Positions 46,637 through 57,080 of a DNA stretch of 64,000 nt are shown one piece after another (position 1 is the first letter of the stretch; each line of letters starts with the position of its first letter). Origin of the DNA: Verrucomicrobiota bacterium (GTDB taxonomy: Bacteria > Verrucomicrobiota > Verrucomicrobiia > Limisphaerales > UBA11358); the NCBI GenBank assembly GCA_050015635.1, contig JBEKBA010000003.1:73-64072 (forward strand), read 5' to 3'. The translations under genes and the position numbers were made by a program. Below the pieces are notes generated by a model. It saw nothing but the letters and a program-made list of their open reading frames with translations. It was not told where the DNA came from and did not search any database.

Positions 46637-47584
46637 TCAATTTCCATCGGCGTTACCGCCGATTAACTGCTGATATGTCAATCTTCGTCCCGAAATTCCG
46701 CCCAACGCTTTCTGAAATCGTTCGCCGTCATTGTTCTCACGATTGTTGAATCGAAACGCCTGCTCATCAAGATAACGAAACAGGTGAAACGGCTCAACGC
46801 TGACGTATGTTCCCTTAAAGCAACGCTTCAGCAAGCACCAAAAATTCTCCAATCCGTTCGTGTGGACGTTGCCGCGCACATATTCCTTTGCGTGGTCAAT
46901 CGCTTCGTGAACGTAATCCTTGCTCAATCCGTAATATGACGGCAACGCATCGGTGAACACCTGCGAACCGGCGGCGACGTGCTGGCGAATTTCACCTTGA
47001 ACCGTGCTGCGTCTGGCGTTCGGAACGTGCTTCAATTTAATTTTGCCCTTGCGTTCCAAAAGTCCCATGACAATCGCTTTGCCGACGCCACCAGTGCCAC
47101 GACCGCGTTTTCGTTTTTTGTCGGTGTGCATATTGCGAACTTTTCCGCCGATATAAGTTTCATCCGCTTCAATTTCGCCGGACAATTTTTCAATCGTGCC
47201 GGACTGCAAAGCCAAACGGATTCTTTGTTCTAAAAACCACGCGCTCTTTTGCGTGATGCCCAATGCGCGGTGCAATTCGTGAGAACTGATTCCGTTTTTT
47301 GCGCTGGCGACAAGCCACATTCCAAGCAGCCACTTGTCCAAACCGATAGGGCTATCTTCCATGACAGTTCCGACCTTGAACGAAAACTGGCGACGGTTCG
47401 GGCAATCTTCGCACGTCCAAACTCTGCGCTTGGCGGTGAATGACACATGGACAGAACCGCAGCGCGGACATTTCACGCCGTCCGGCCAGCGCATTGCAAC
47501 GGCAAATTTCAGGGCGGTGTCGGCATCGGCAAAATGCGCCGTGGCTTCTTTCAGCGTCTTTGGGAACTCGGTTTTATCTTTCAT
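46637..47584 (-). CDS. IS1595-family (ISXO2-like) transposase
   Basis: 315 aa. N-terminal zinc ribbon (CPRCGS...CEDC), an HTH, and a DDE region with EADETYIGGK. Confidence 0.9.
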   Translation of the reverse strand: MKDKTEFPKTLKEATAHFADADTALKFAVAMRWPDGVKCPRCGSVHVSFTAKRRVWTCEDCPNRRQFSFKVGTVMEDSPIGLDKWLLGMWLVASAKNGISSHELHRALGITQKSAWFLEQRIRLALQSGTIEKLSGEIEADETYIGGKVRNMHTDKKRKRGRGTGGVGKAIVMGLLERKGKIKLKHVPNARRSTVQGEIRQHVAAGSQVFTDALPSYYGLSKDYVHEAIDHAKEYVRGNVHTNGLENFWCLLKRCFKGTYVSVEPFHLFRYLDEQAFRFNNRENNDGERFQKALGGISGRRLTYQQLIGGNADGN

Positions 47585-47603
47585 GCGCTCAATATCGCAG
47601 AAA

Positions 47604-47632
47604 GTCTATGTTGTGTCAAGTATATTATTACC
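47604..47632 (-). repeat. Right terminal inverted repeat of the IS1595-family element
   Basis: The reverse complement reads GGTAATAATATACTTGACACAACATAGAC. Confidence 0.85.
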
Positions 47633-47665
47633 CAAAAAAGAGTGGGAGCGCAAGCGGTCCTTGTG

Positions 47666-47695
47666 GACGGGCAACGTGACGCTGCACCCGATTAC
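47666..47695 (-). repeat. REP-like hairpin (GTAATCGGGTGCAGCGTCACGTTGCCCGTC on minus strand)
   Basis: Same family as 13008-13031 and 13532-13555. Confidence 0.7.
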
Positions 47696-47994
47696 GGACG
47701 CCGCAGTCGCCGTCGCGCGTTCCGCTATGGCGGCCGGGGCGCGGCGTCCCTACCGTCCAAATTGGCCAATTTCAGCTTGTTGTTTTTGCGGCTTAGTTGA
47801 GTCATTTGTGACTATCGCGTGATGCCCTGCAAGTCGTTTTTTTTGGTTGATTTTGTTGGTGTTTTTCGTTGTTAATAAGTCGTTGGGAATTATTGTTGCG
47901 TCGCATGAACGGATATATTATTAACCATTCAACTGCTGGAATGGCAGGCTTGAATAAATTTTAAAAAGCGAATCGAACAAACCAAAGAGACAAA

Positions 47995-48747
47995 ATGAAA
48001 CTGAAAAACAAAATCATCACTGTAGGCGCCGCGCTGGCATTTTTAACTTTTGCGACTTGCGGGCTGCAGGCGCAAATAACAAACCTGGTTACAATCACCG
48101 CGACAGCCTGGGAGCAAGGCACCAACTACAACATCACCAATATCGTTATCAAGCTTGGTACCACTAATGTCACTGTTTACACCAAGTATGTGAAACCACC
48201 CCAAGAATCTCTTGACACGAAAGATATACTCAAAGAGCTGGCTAAGGATGAAGACGCGGCGGGACTTTGGACCTCCAACAACTTTCCCTCCGGCGCGCAA
48301 CTGGCGGTTATAGACGGTGGTGATATTACCAACAAATTTGTGGTGTTGGGCAAGACGAACAACCTTCTCGTTGTTGTTACCAATATTGTAAGTCTCGCAA
48401 AAGGAACCAACGACATTGACGTTGTCAGCGGCGAAGAGAATGACACGACCGGTCTTTACTCCCCTTCCAAGACCGACATGCACCTTTTGGATTTCATTTT
48501 TGACGATACCGCAATCACCAACGCTGGAAGCGGCGACATTAAGTTCGATCTGCTCGGTTTGGATACGCAAAAGGTAACCGACACCAAACCCGTGGCGTCG
48601 GGAGCACATGAGGGAGACTATACGGAGACCGTTTCAACCTCGGTGCCTTCAGCCGTTGGCGAAGGGACTGATAATGGCATCGATGTTGTCCTGACCGGCA
48701 GCATTACCGGAACGGGATCAGTAAAGCTTGTATACGTTGCTCCGTAG
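47995..48747 (+). CDS. Secreted hypothetical protein
   Basis: 250 aa with a signal peptide (ITVGAALAFLTFATCGLQA). Thr/Asn/Val-rich and beta-rich. AT-richer than the backbone. Confidence 0.6.
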   Translation: MKLKNKIITVGAALAFLTFATCGLQAQITNLVTITATAWEQGTNYNITNIVIKLGTTNVTVYTKYVKPPQESLDTKDILKELAKDEDAAGLWTSNNFPSGAQLAVIDGGDITNKFVVLGKTNNLLVVVTNIVSLAKGTNDIDVVSGEENDTTGLYSPSKTDMHLLDFIFDDTAITNAGSGDIKFDLLGLDTQKVTDTKPVASGAHEGDYTETVSTSVPSAVGEGTDNGIDVVLTGSITGTGSVKLVYVAP

Positions 48748-48918
48748 AGCAATTAAGTCCGTCGAGTAATATCGCCGGAATCTGTCATCTGACGTGCGTT
48801 TGGTTCGACACATTATTTTTCTGTGTCGAACCAAATTTTTTGGGGCAGCCGACCATCTTGACCTGCCGACTCTTGGCGAATTGAAACGCACACAATAAAC
48901 AGCGGATTGCGGCATAAT

Positions 48919-48950
48919 GCAGTCTTGCTGCACAAGGTCTGCAAGACTGC
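48919..48950. repeat. GC-rich hairpin (10-bp stem GCAGTCTTGC/GCAAGACTGC, 12-nt loop)
   Basis: Read directly. Lies between convergent genes and has no U-tract. Confidence 0.5.
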
Positions 48951-49010
48951 TGCAGCAGTGCTGCCGCGCCCAAATTGCGGCGGGAAGGGCAAAAGTTTTC
49001 ATGGCCCGGA

Positions 49011-50375
49011 TCAGGCAGCCGTTTTATGGGTGAATTGATGTTGCCTGCTGATTTTGGCGAGTCGCTTTTCCCAATCGCTCCTGTGTGCGAGCGGGTCGGC
49101 GTCTGTTCCCCACAATTTTTTCACCATCTCGCGTTGCGGCACAAACGGGCATTTGGACTTCGGATTCCTGTGCGCGTCGTCGAGTTGACGCAAGGCCAAT
49201 TGTGCGCCGGTCATCAACGCCGGTTTTTCCGGGCGGACAAATTGCGCATTCAATTTGTGCGCCGCTTCATCCAGCGCGCCCCAGCGTTCGGCATCGGTTG
49301 TTCCCCATAGTGTCGGTTGGGTGTCCAGCCGCGACAAATTTCCAAACCCGATGCGGATTTGCCGCACGGATTTAAAAGCGCGGCTCATCAAATCACGGAA
49401 AATCTCTTCCAGCACGGAATTGATGATTGAGTTTTGGAATTGCGCGTGTTGAAAACGATGGCTGCCGCCGGCTTCGGTGAAATCGTTGAAACGAATCGTC
49501 AAACTCAATTCACGCGGTTGCAACTGTTCGCGCCGCAACTGGCCGACCAGCCGGGTGGCTTCGCTCAAGGTGAAGGTCAGCGCCGCTTCGTAGTCCGGTT
49601 CGTCGTAGGGCAGGGTGGTGTTGCTCGAAATGCTGGCACGGTCCTTGACTTCAAGCAAAAGCGGCTCATGCCATTTGCCATTTGAGAAAAGCCAAAGTTG
49701 TTGTCCCCAGATTCCAAATTTCTGTTTGAGCAACATTGACGGCAGATTTGCCACGTCGCCAAATGTGGTTGCGCCCAAAGCGGCCAATGCCCGTTCGCGA
49801 TTTTTGGCAATGCCGGAAAGCTCGCGCACGGAACGATCTTTCAAAAATTCCTTTTCCTGTCCGGCGGGAATTTCGATGAAGCCGGGCTTGGCCGCATCGG
49901 TCGCCAATTTTGCCAGACGCGATGAACTTGCCAAGCCGCCGGACACCGGCAATCCAACTTCCCTGCGGATGCGTTCGCCAATCTGCCTCATGTAATCCAT
50001 CGGGGTCGTGTGCTGCCAGACGTGTTTGTCCATTGTGGTGAAATCCAGAAAACCTTCGTCAATGGAGATCGGCACGAGCGTGGGCGAGTATTCTTCGAGG
50101 ATGCGAAACATCTCCTGCGACAATCGCCGGTATTCGTCATAGTGCGGACGGCACAGAACACCTTTGGGGCAAAGCCGTTTCGCCTCGAAACACGCCATGC
50201 CGGTTTTGACGCCAAATTTTTTAGCGAGCCGGTTGGCGGCAATCACGATGCCGTCGCCGCGCCGTCCGCCGCCCACCCAAACGGCTCGCGCCTGCAATTT
50301 GGAATTCAACGCCACTTCGCAACTGGCGAAGAAGCTGTCACCGTCAACGTGGAGGATTCGGTTGTTGTTGCTCAT
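49011..50375 (-). CDS. dinB: Y-family DNA polymerase (Pol IV-like)
   Basis: 454 aa from MSNNNRILHVDGDSFFASCE. SIDEGFLD motif. Little-finger region plus a C-terminal extension. Confidence 0.85.
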   Translation of the reverse strand: MSNNNRILHVDGDSFFASCEVALNSKLQARAVWVGGGRRGDGIVIAANRLAKKFGVKTGMACFEAKRLCPKGVLCRPHYDEYRRLSQEMFRILEEYSPTLVPISIDEGFLDFTTMDKHVWQHTTPMDYMRQIGERIRREVGLPVSGGLASSSRLAKLATDAAKPGFIEIPAGQEKEFLKDRSVRELSGIAKNRERALAALGATTFGDVANLPSMLLKQKFGIWGQQLWLFSNGKWHEPLLLEVKDRASISSNTTLPYDEPDYEAALTFTLSEATRLVGQLRREQLQPRELSLTIRFNDFTEAGGSHRFQHAQFQNSIINSVLEEIFRDLMSRAFKSVRQIRIGFGNLSRLDTQPTLWGTTDAERWGALDEAAHKLNAQFVRPEKPALMTGAQLALRQLDDAHRNPKSKCPFVPQREMVKKLWGTDADPLAHRSDWEKRLAKISRQHQFTHKTAA

Positions 50376-50510
50376 GCGCGGCAAACAATTTAGCGCGACG
50401 CGGGATTCCGCCAAGAAACAAAGATGAGAAAATTCTCAGCTTCCGCTTTCCCTTTGAGACGAAACAACGCCCGGAGCGGGTTAATTACTGAATCGGATGA
50501 TGGCGGGTGT

Positions 50511-53500
50511 TCAAGGCAGTTCAACAATGCGATAGAACCGGCTGGGCGACGAAATGAGGGCGTTTGTGTCAGAGACAGAAAGCGTATTGGTAGTGGCGGT
50601 GATCGGACTACCGAGGTTAATCCAGTTGGTCTGGAGCAGATTGGTATTGTATTGCACTTGATAAACCAGACCAGCCACTGCGCTCCAGGTGAGATTGAAA
50701 GCGGTGGTTGGGGTGGTTGCCTGTTGTGCCGTCTCAAACGCCGGCGGCGAAATCTGCGTCACACTGATGTCGTCCAGGCCGAGATAGTATGGGGTATCTT
50801 CAAATCCAAACTTCAGAAGCGTGCTGGCGCCGGTGGCCGTGACAATGAATTGCAGATTTGTCCAGGCGGCAAATGGGATGTTGGTCTGGTTGAAGATGGT
50901 TGTTCCATTCCATTGCACGAGAAATTGATTTGGGGTTGCTCCCGCCGAGTTCTCGGGATTGTCCAGCCACAGGGAAAGCAGATAGTTTTGTCCGGGTGAA
51001 GTTGTCAGAGTTTGATAAAGGTAACCCAGCGAACCGTCCTGACCCAAGGCCGAGCCATAACTGCCAGAGTGAACGTAACTGCTGCTGGTCGTCACGAAGT
51101 CGTATTTGCTGCTGGCGTTCAGCGTCCAGCCGGTGAAATTACCGGTTTCAAATCCACCGTTGTTCACGATTGACTGGCCGACACTGATTGTGAATGGCAG
51201 GCTGGCGGCCACGCCGGTGGGGTTGGTGACCAGCACATCGGCCGTATAAACGCCGGATGCCAGACTGTTCGCCGCCGCCGTCAGGCTGATCGTCATGGTT
51301 GATTGTGCGCCACCCGCCAAAGTGCCGCTGGATGGTGAAGCGTCCAGCCAGGACGGGGTGTTGATGATGCTCCACGGCAGCGAACTGTCACCCTGGTTGG
51401 TCAACAAGTAATTTTGCGAGGTCACGTTAAACGCGCCGCCGATCGGGCCGGAAGCGGCAAATCCATTGGTCGGCGAAACTACCAATGGCTGGTTGACCTG
51501 GAGCGTGAAGAGCGCGGCCAGCGCAGCCGCGGACGTCCAATTGGAAAAAGTCAGATTTGCCGTGTAAGTCCCCACGGCCAGATTGCCGGCAGCGGCCGTG
51601 AGGCTGCAGGTGAGATTGGTTTGAGCCGCCACTGCCAGCGTGCCGCTGGTCGCGGAAATATTCAGCCACGCCGAGGTGTTGACCAGCGACCAGGTGAGCG
51701 GGGAACTACTGGCGTTGGTCAGCACAAAATTTCCGGAGGCAATACTGAACGGCCCGCCGGCCACGCCGGAGGCGGAACCGGACAATGGAGAAACAATCAA
51801 GGCCCCGGAGCCGGCCAGGGCGTTGATCAAACTTTGTCCCGCCGGCGTGCCCAGGCCGGTGCAAAGATCGTAGCCGTTGGTGGCATAAAATAAATCCGGA
51901 CTGCTCGACGAGGTATTATTGCCGGTCGCGACATCGTGAAAACAGTTGGCATAATCGGGTCTCGCAGCAATGGCGTATATGGCCGGATTGATGAAGCCAA
52001 CGCTTGACTGACCGTTGGCCCCCGCCTGCTGGTTGACCAGTGCCATAAAACCAGCCCACAACTGCGAGGCGCAACTTGTGCCGCCAAATCCGCCGCTGCT
52101 GCCATTGCCATAGTCAACAAAGACATCGTCCGCCGTCAGCGCCACATCGGGAATATTCCGAAAACTGGCCGAGCCGCCTCTTTCCACCATATTGTTGACG
52201 TTCATCTGCCAGCCTGGAATGGAATAATGGCTGCTAATGCCGCCGCTGCTGCCGAGATATTCGGCGTCACTGGACACATAACCCCAGTTCCAAACTGTTT
52301 CTGAACTGTAGGCGGCATTTGCGCCGGTCGTGAGAGTCGTTCCGCCCACTTGTGTGATAATTGGACTGCTGCACGGCGCATTAAACAATGAAGTATTGTC
52401 AACGCCGTTGACGGAATTAGCGCCGGTTGTGTAAGCATCACTATCGCCGGAAGAGGTGAAAAATGATTGTCCCATTGCGGCCATGTTGGTGAAAATGGTG
52501 CCCGTGGTCGTGCTCGGCCCGCCGCTCCAGCCCCATGAGCAGCTCAAATTTTTCACCGTGTTACTGCCGTCCAACATCGCGTTCAAAATGTCGTTGGGGA
52601 TGAAATTGTCCGGATTTCCCTCATAGACGATGATTTTAGAGAGCCCCGGCGCCATGGACATGGCCATTTCAATATCCAGTGAAACTTCGGGATTGCCGCT
52701 GTCGGCCCCGGTTGTTGGCACGCCGTTGTAACCGTCCAGCAAAACCGTCTGGATGACAATGTTCGTCCGCCCGTTTCCCGCCACCGTCGCATAAGCAGCA
52801 ATGTCGTTGGAATAATAACCATCAGCCTCAAACATCCCGACCGTCTGTCCCGCGCCAGTCAAGGTCGTGTCCGGCACATAGGCGTTGCGAAAATCGTTGC
52901 CAAAATAGTCCCCGGAGCCGTCCGGAGCGGAACCAGTTCTGGGTATTGCCTTCGCCGCCACTGCCGGATGCATGCGGTGCAATCTCGGGTGCGGCCGCGA
53001 AAAATCGCTTAAACCTTGAATATCCACCACCGGCAAGGCCACGTCCACGGTTGGCTCGGTGTCCGGCGCATAAAAATCCCGCGCCTCGGTTGGATGCCGG
53101 TAAATGTGCAGCGTAATGTGAAACGCTTTTTCGACCGCCGCCGCCGGGCCGGTCACATCCAGCACCAGCCGGTTGTGGTAAGTGGTGGTGACAGTCAGAC
53201 CGTTCGTTCGCGCGAAATTTTTCACCGCCTCGTAATCCTGTTCCGTCGGGCCGAACCGGGCGGTGAACTCTTCGGGGGACAGAAACCGGCGGAAGTTCGG
53301 ACTGGACGGGTCATAAACCTGCGCCAGAAAATTGTCCAGGCCTGCCGGATCGCGCAGCGGCAGCCCGATGGCCAGCCGCAACCGGCTGGTTGCGGGGAGC
53401 AGTCCTTTGGCTGTCAAACTTGACACCACGGGCGGCACGTGACCGGGCAAAATTTTCCAATCTGCGGCAAAAACAGGGCAAATTCCGCAAAGCAGAATAA

Positions 53501-53546
53501 TCGCAGTCCCAAGGAAACACCCGGACAGAGGTTTTGATTTAAGCAT
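50511..53546 (-). CDS. Secreted sedolisin (S53) family peptidase with multiple Ig-like repeats
   Basis: About 1011 aa from MLKSKPLSGC (signal peptide). Pro-kumamolisin activation domain (LSPEEFTARFGPTEQDY). Catalytic Ser region GGTSCASQLWAGF. Three or four ~95-aa repeats (SP..G.....GGPF...S.N..LTN....L.WS..NT..WL). C-terminal beta-sandwich domains. Confidence 0.8.
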   Translation of the reverse strand: MLKSKPLSGCFLGTAIILLCGICPVFAADWKILPGHVPPVVSSLTAKGLLPATSRLRLAIGLPLRDPAGLDNFLAQVYDPSSPNFRRFLSPEEFTARFGPTEQDYEAVKNFARTNGLTVTTTYHNRLVLDVTGPAAAVEKAFHITLHIYRHPTEARDFYAPDTEPTVDVALPVVDIQGLSDFSRPHPRLHRMHPAVAAKAIPRTGSAPDGSGDYFGNDFRNAYVPDTTLTGAGQTVGMFEADGYYSNDIAAYATVAGNGRTNIVIQTVLLDGYNGVPTTGADSGNPEVSLDIEMAMSMAPGLSKIIVYEGNPDNFIPNDILNAMLDGSNTVKNLSCSWGWSGGPSTTTGTIFTNMAAMGQSFFTSSGDSDAYTTGANSVNGVDNTSLFNAPCSSPIITQVGGTTLTTGANAAYSSETVWNWGYVSSDAEYLGSSGGISSHYSIPGWQMNVNNMVERGGSASFRNIPDVALTADDVFVDYGNGSSGGFGGTSCASQLWAGFMALVNQQAGANGQSSVGFINPAIYAIAARPDYANCFHDVATGNNTSSSSPDLFYATNGYDLCTGLGTPAGQSLINALAGSGALIVSPLSGSASGVAGGPFSIASGNFVLTNASSSPLTWSLVNTSAWLNISATSGTLAVAAQTNLTCSLTAAAGNLAVGTYTANLTFSNWTSAAALAALFTLQVNQPLVVSPTNGFAASGPIGGAFNVTSQNYLLTNQGDSSLPWSIINTPSWLDASPSSGTLAGGAQSTMTISLTAAANSLASGVYTADVLVTNPTGVAASLPFTISVGQSIVNNGGFETGNFTGWTLNASSKYDFVTTSSSYVHSGSYGSALGQDGSLGYLYQTLTTSPGQNYLLSLWLDNPENSAGATPNQFLVQWNGTTIFNQTNIPFAAWTNLQFIVTATGASTLLKFGFEDTPYYLGLDDISVTQISPPAFETAQQATTPTTAFNLTWSAVAGLVYQVQYNTNLLQTNWINLGSPITATTNTLSVSDTNALISSPSRFYRIVELP

Positions 53547-53714
53547 GTTTTGCGGCCTTTTCCAAAAATTGCCGATCTTAAAAGTGTATTTAGCACGTCG
53601 CATTCCAAAATCCGGCAGCTTATGGCGAAAAGCTACTTGAGAACCAGCCAAAGTCAAATACGTCAAACTACTGATGACAACTTGTGTCAATACCAGGGAC
53701 TGCCCCCTTTGGGA

Positions 53715-55139
53715 CTATCGCAGCGCGGATTTGAGGAGTTCGCGCGGATAGACAGAGGGGCCGGGAATTTTCTGTTGGGCGTTTGTCTCCACCTGTGCCG
53801 GTTCGCCCGGGAACCGGAAGGCATCAAGCCTCTCCAGCAACCCTGTGCCGGGCTGCAGGCTCGAGAGAAAGGCGTCCCATTCACCGCCTCGCTGCATATC
53901 CAGACTGCTTCGCCACAAGCAGTATTGAGTCAATTCATCCCCGGTCAACGCCACCCTGCCGAGATGTTCACTTTGAAATCTTTTGTCAGCTCGAGCCCAA
54001 CTGACATAACAAGAAAAGGGCAAATGGTTCGTCGTGGTTCTGTCCGCGATGGCTGTGTCCCAAACCACCTGCTTGAGCGCCTCATCCCACCGGCCGTTAC
54101 TGTGAAGGGGTGACGATGGCAGTGACAACCGGACAACCAGATGATCCGTTTGGTCAAACGAATAGAGTTCAATCAGGTTGTTCGACGCGTCATCCCCCAA
54201 GTCCGCTGGCTGCGGTTTTTTGAGGTCGGGCTTCAGTTTCCGGTCCTTCTTCCATTGCTTGAGTTTGGCGCGGTAAGCATCCGTGCCGGCGAGATATTTA
54301 TCAAATGATTTTTCCATCATTGTCTCGTCGGCAAGGAAGGCGAGTGATGCGGGCACGGGTTCGGTCTCCGGCACTCCCATTTTGCGCGCCACCAGCCGTT
54401 GAATCCGGCGCAACAACGCCTGCGTGTCACCTCCGGACACATCCCGGACCAGTCCCGGAATTTCTCCGAGCGTGAAATAGCCGCGTTCGAAGAGGTATTG
54501 ACCATACCGAACGTCAAATTCCTCGTCCGCATTGGTCTTGTATCCGCTGACCAACTGCCCCTCCCACCAATACTCGCCGAGGTTCTTGAGATCGCATCGA
54601 AAATCCACATCCAGAAACCGGTGCAACTTGTCATAGCCGGGTTCCCGACCCAACTCCATCCGGCTCCAGCCGACGAGCTGGTCTGCCAACTGGTCAGCCG
54701 CCTTGAAGCGCCGTTCGGTCATGCCGGCCAGATCGTCATTGCCTCGGAACCGCTCCACGTAGAAGCCCGCCTCTCCCAGGCTGGTGGTCAGATTGGTATA
54801 AGCGCCCGCACCACCGACATCATCCGGCAGTTCATTGGTGAATACGCCATGCGCAAAGTAACGCATGCCGTCGTTGGTCAGACCATGCGCCGGATACAGG
54901 GCGGCGATCGCCGCCAGCTCATTCGTTCCAAAGGACTCGTAATTGGGGATGCCGGTGTTGGTATTTACGCCATCTTCACAGTAAAAGACGAGCGTTCGTT
55001 CGATAGCGTTGCCCCGGGGTTTGAGTTGGACAATGTATTCATTGTGCGGACAACCCGTTACCACAAGGGCCATCACCGCCAGAGCAAAAGGCAGGCATTT
55101 AGAAAATCTTCCGCGCATGAGAATTCCCAGTTTTTTCAT
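53715..55139 (-). CDS. Lipoprotein (hypothetical)
   Basis: 474 aa from MKKLGILMRG. Lipobox LVVTGC. No recognised domain. Confidence 0.6.
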   Translation of the reverse strand: MKKLGILMRGRFSKCLPFALAVMALVVTGCPHNEYIVQLKPRGNAIERTLVFYCEDGVNTNTGIPNYESFGTNELAAIAALYPAHGLTNDGMRYFAHGVFTNELPDDVGGAGAYTNLTTSLGEAGFYVERFRGNDDLAGMTERRFKAADQLADQLVGWSRMELGREPGYDKLHRFLDVDFRCDLKNLGEYWWEGQLVSGYKTNADEEFDVRYGQYLFERGYFTLGEIPGLVRDVSGGDTQALLRRIQRLVARKMGVPETEPVPASLAFLADETMMEKSFDKYLAGTDAYRAKLKQWKKDRKLKPDLKKPQPADLGDDASNNLIELYSFDQTDHLVVRLSLPSSPLHSNGRWDEALKQVVWDTAIADRTTTNHLPFSCYVSWARADKRFQSEHLGRVALTGDELTQYCLWRSSLDMQRGGEWDAFLSSLQPGTGLLERLDAFRFPGEPAQVETNAQQKIPGPSVYPRELLKSALR

Positions 55140-55218
55140 AATTGTGTTTTCCACTGCCGTCCGGATCGGAGTTGTGCCGGCTGGAATTCAAATTGCAAAG
55201 CACCTGCAACCGCATGGG

Positions 55219-56163
55219 TTACCGCTTTTGGGCTTCGATGCCGGCAAAAAGATTTTCCAGACTGTTGAGCCGCGACTGCTGGGTTTCTTTTTTGATGTTC
55301 AAAATTTGTTGCAGGTATTCGACGCCATCGGAAACATTGCGGACGGATTTAGGCAGGAGCGCGCCGGCGGCGTTGGCGTGGCCACCGCCTTGAAATTTTT
55401 CGGCGACCTTGAGCGCCTCGCTGTTGCGGCTGCGAAAGCTGGCAAAAACGGCATTGCCGCGCCGGAACAAGGTGACCAGCACCGTGTATTTTGTGGCCTG
55501 CTGTTCAAGCAATTGATGGATAATGAGATTGTTGTTGCCGACGACGGTGTCCACGAAGCCGATGGTGGGGCTGATTTCGGTGATATTTGATTTGCTCCAC
55601 TCGAAGCCGAGGGGATTTTCAATGCGACGTTTGACGGCCATGACTTCGAGCAGGGGATGGTCCAGCAATTTTTCAATGTCGCCACCGATGAGCGTGTGCA
55701 AATTCCAAAACTGATAAATTTTGACAAGGTTCGCGTAATCCCCCGCGAGGACGAAGTCGGGATCGTCTTCGATAAACAAATCGGCGACGTTGTTCAAATG
55801 CACGAGCCGGTCGAGCGCGGGCGATTGAATTCCGTTTTGTTTACAAAGCTCGTAACAAAGCAGTCCGGCGGATTTGTTTACGTCGTGAATGAGCCGCGCA
55901 TTTTTCGGTGAAAATTCCGTGACGTGATGATCAATGACGACCCAATCGGGCTTGTCGAGCCGCGGCTCAAAAGTGAAATCCGCGACCCACGCGGCGTGCT
56001 CACGCAATTCGCGCTGCTTCCAGAAATTGTAATGATGCGCTTCAAGCGGCGTGTCCGTGCCGAAAAGTTTTCCGGCCAGTTTTTGCAGCAACGCGCCCGC
56101 GAGCAGTCCGTCGAGATCACTTTCATGGGTGAAAATGATGTCCGGTTTTGGCAATGGCTCCAT
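55219..56163 (-). CDS. DHH/DHHA1-family phosphoesterase (NrnA-like)
   Basis: 314 aa. Motifs HESDLDG, DHH (VVIDHHV) and GGGH (FQGGGHANAAG). Confidence 0.85.
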   Translation of the reverse strand: MEPLPKPDIIFTHESDLDGLLAGALLQKLAGKLFGTDTPLEAHHYNFWKQRELREHAAWVADFTFEPRLDKPDWVVIDHHVTEFSPKNARLIHDVNKSAGLLCYELCKQNGIQSPALDRLVHLNNVADLFIEDDPDFVLAGDYANLVKIYQFWNLHTLIGGDIEKLLDHPLLEVMAVKRRIENPLGFEWSKSNITEISPTIGFVDTVVGNNNLIIHQLLEQQATKYTVLVTLFRRGNAVFASFRSRNSEALKVAEKFQGGGHANAAGALLPKSVRNVSDGVEYLQQILNIKKETQQSRLNSLENLFAGIEAQKR

Positions 56164-56510
56164 GTCGGTGAAAATTTAATTCAATTGGCCGCGTCTGGCG
56201 AGACAGGAATTTGTCAAACCGATATCAGAGAGCGGGTTTGACATTAATGAAATTTCGTTGGGCAGGAGCAGGAAAATTCCTAATCTTCAATTCAAACCGG
56301 ACAAAATTGCCGTTCCAAACAGGAACTATAACAAGCGGTCCCGGAGAACGCAAACGAGCCAATGTCAGTTCCAGTCACGAATTCAGCTTTGGATAATTTG
56401 AAATCAGATAGCGCCGAAACGTCGCCATGCAGCCGTCCCCGGGATTACAGGTCGTCAACAACATCCGAATCGTGGCCACCGAACTGTTGTGAACCGCTTG
56501 TCGGTGGTGC

Positions 56511-57080
56511 TCAAATCCGAATTTCCCGGCTGTGATTTTGCTGATGGGCCCGGGGGTGCGGGCGGGAGACCGCGTGAGTGAATGGGTACATGAAGCTGTC
56601 GGCCACGCGACTCATGTCCTCGCCGGGATATTTCTGCGCCAGAAATTTCCTCACCTGCGCATTAATGTCCTCAGCCCAAATTTTCAGCGCGTGCTCCCGT
56701 TCCCCGGCAAAGACCTTCAACACATCAACGGCATTGCGCCCCCGGTTCCAGATTTCGTTTGTGCCTCGTGCCGGAATATGTTCCACCACCGCGTACTCCA
56801 TCTGGCCGTCGATCTGGCGGTGACAGAGACAGGTATTGTCCATGAAATCAACCCCTTTGAACCATTTCTCGTTTCCGTCAACCTGGATGACATTCCCGTG
56901 AGACGTTGATGCGGCCATGTCCACCGCCAGGGCCGTTATGGCAAAATTCCGCTCCAGACGTTGGATTGCCTCCCGGGTGGCCAGGATTTGTTTCAGTTGT
57001 TCAGCAAAATGCTCTCTGGCTTCGATACAGGCTTGTTGCTCCAGCGTTGCCAGAGGGCGGTTATCGAATCGGTTGCTCAT
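56511..57080 (-). CDS. Hypothetical protein
   Basis: 189 aa from MSNRFDNRPL. No recognised family. Confidence 0.5.
   Translation of the reverse strand: MSNRFDNRPLATLEQQACIEAREHFAEQLKQILATREAIQRLERNFAITALAVDMAASTSHGNVIQVDGNEKWFKGVDFMDNTCLCHRQIDGQMEYAVVEHIPARGTNEIWNRGRNAVDVLKVFAGEREHALKIWAEDINAQVRKFLAQKYPGEDMSRVADSFMYPFTHAVSRPHPRAHQQNHSREIRI

Larger units (their letters stand above)
44423..47632 (-). mobile_element. IS1595-family element carrying passenger genes (3,210 bp)
   Basis: 29-bp terminal inverted repeats match at 25/29 positions (GGTAACAATATACCTGTCACAACATAGCC vs GGTAATAATATACTTGACACAACATAGAC). Identical 8-bp flanks CAAAAAAG lie at 44415-44422 and 47633-47640. The ISXO2-like transposase starts 20 nt inside the right IR. 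The interior is visibly AT-rich. Confidence 0.85.
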
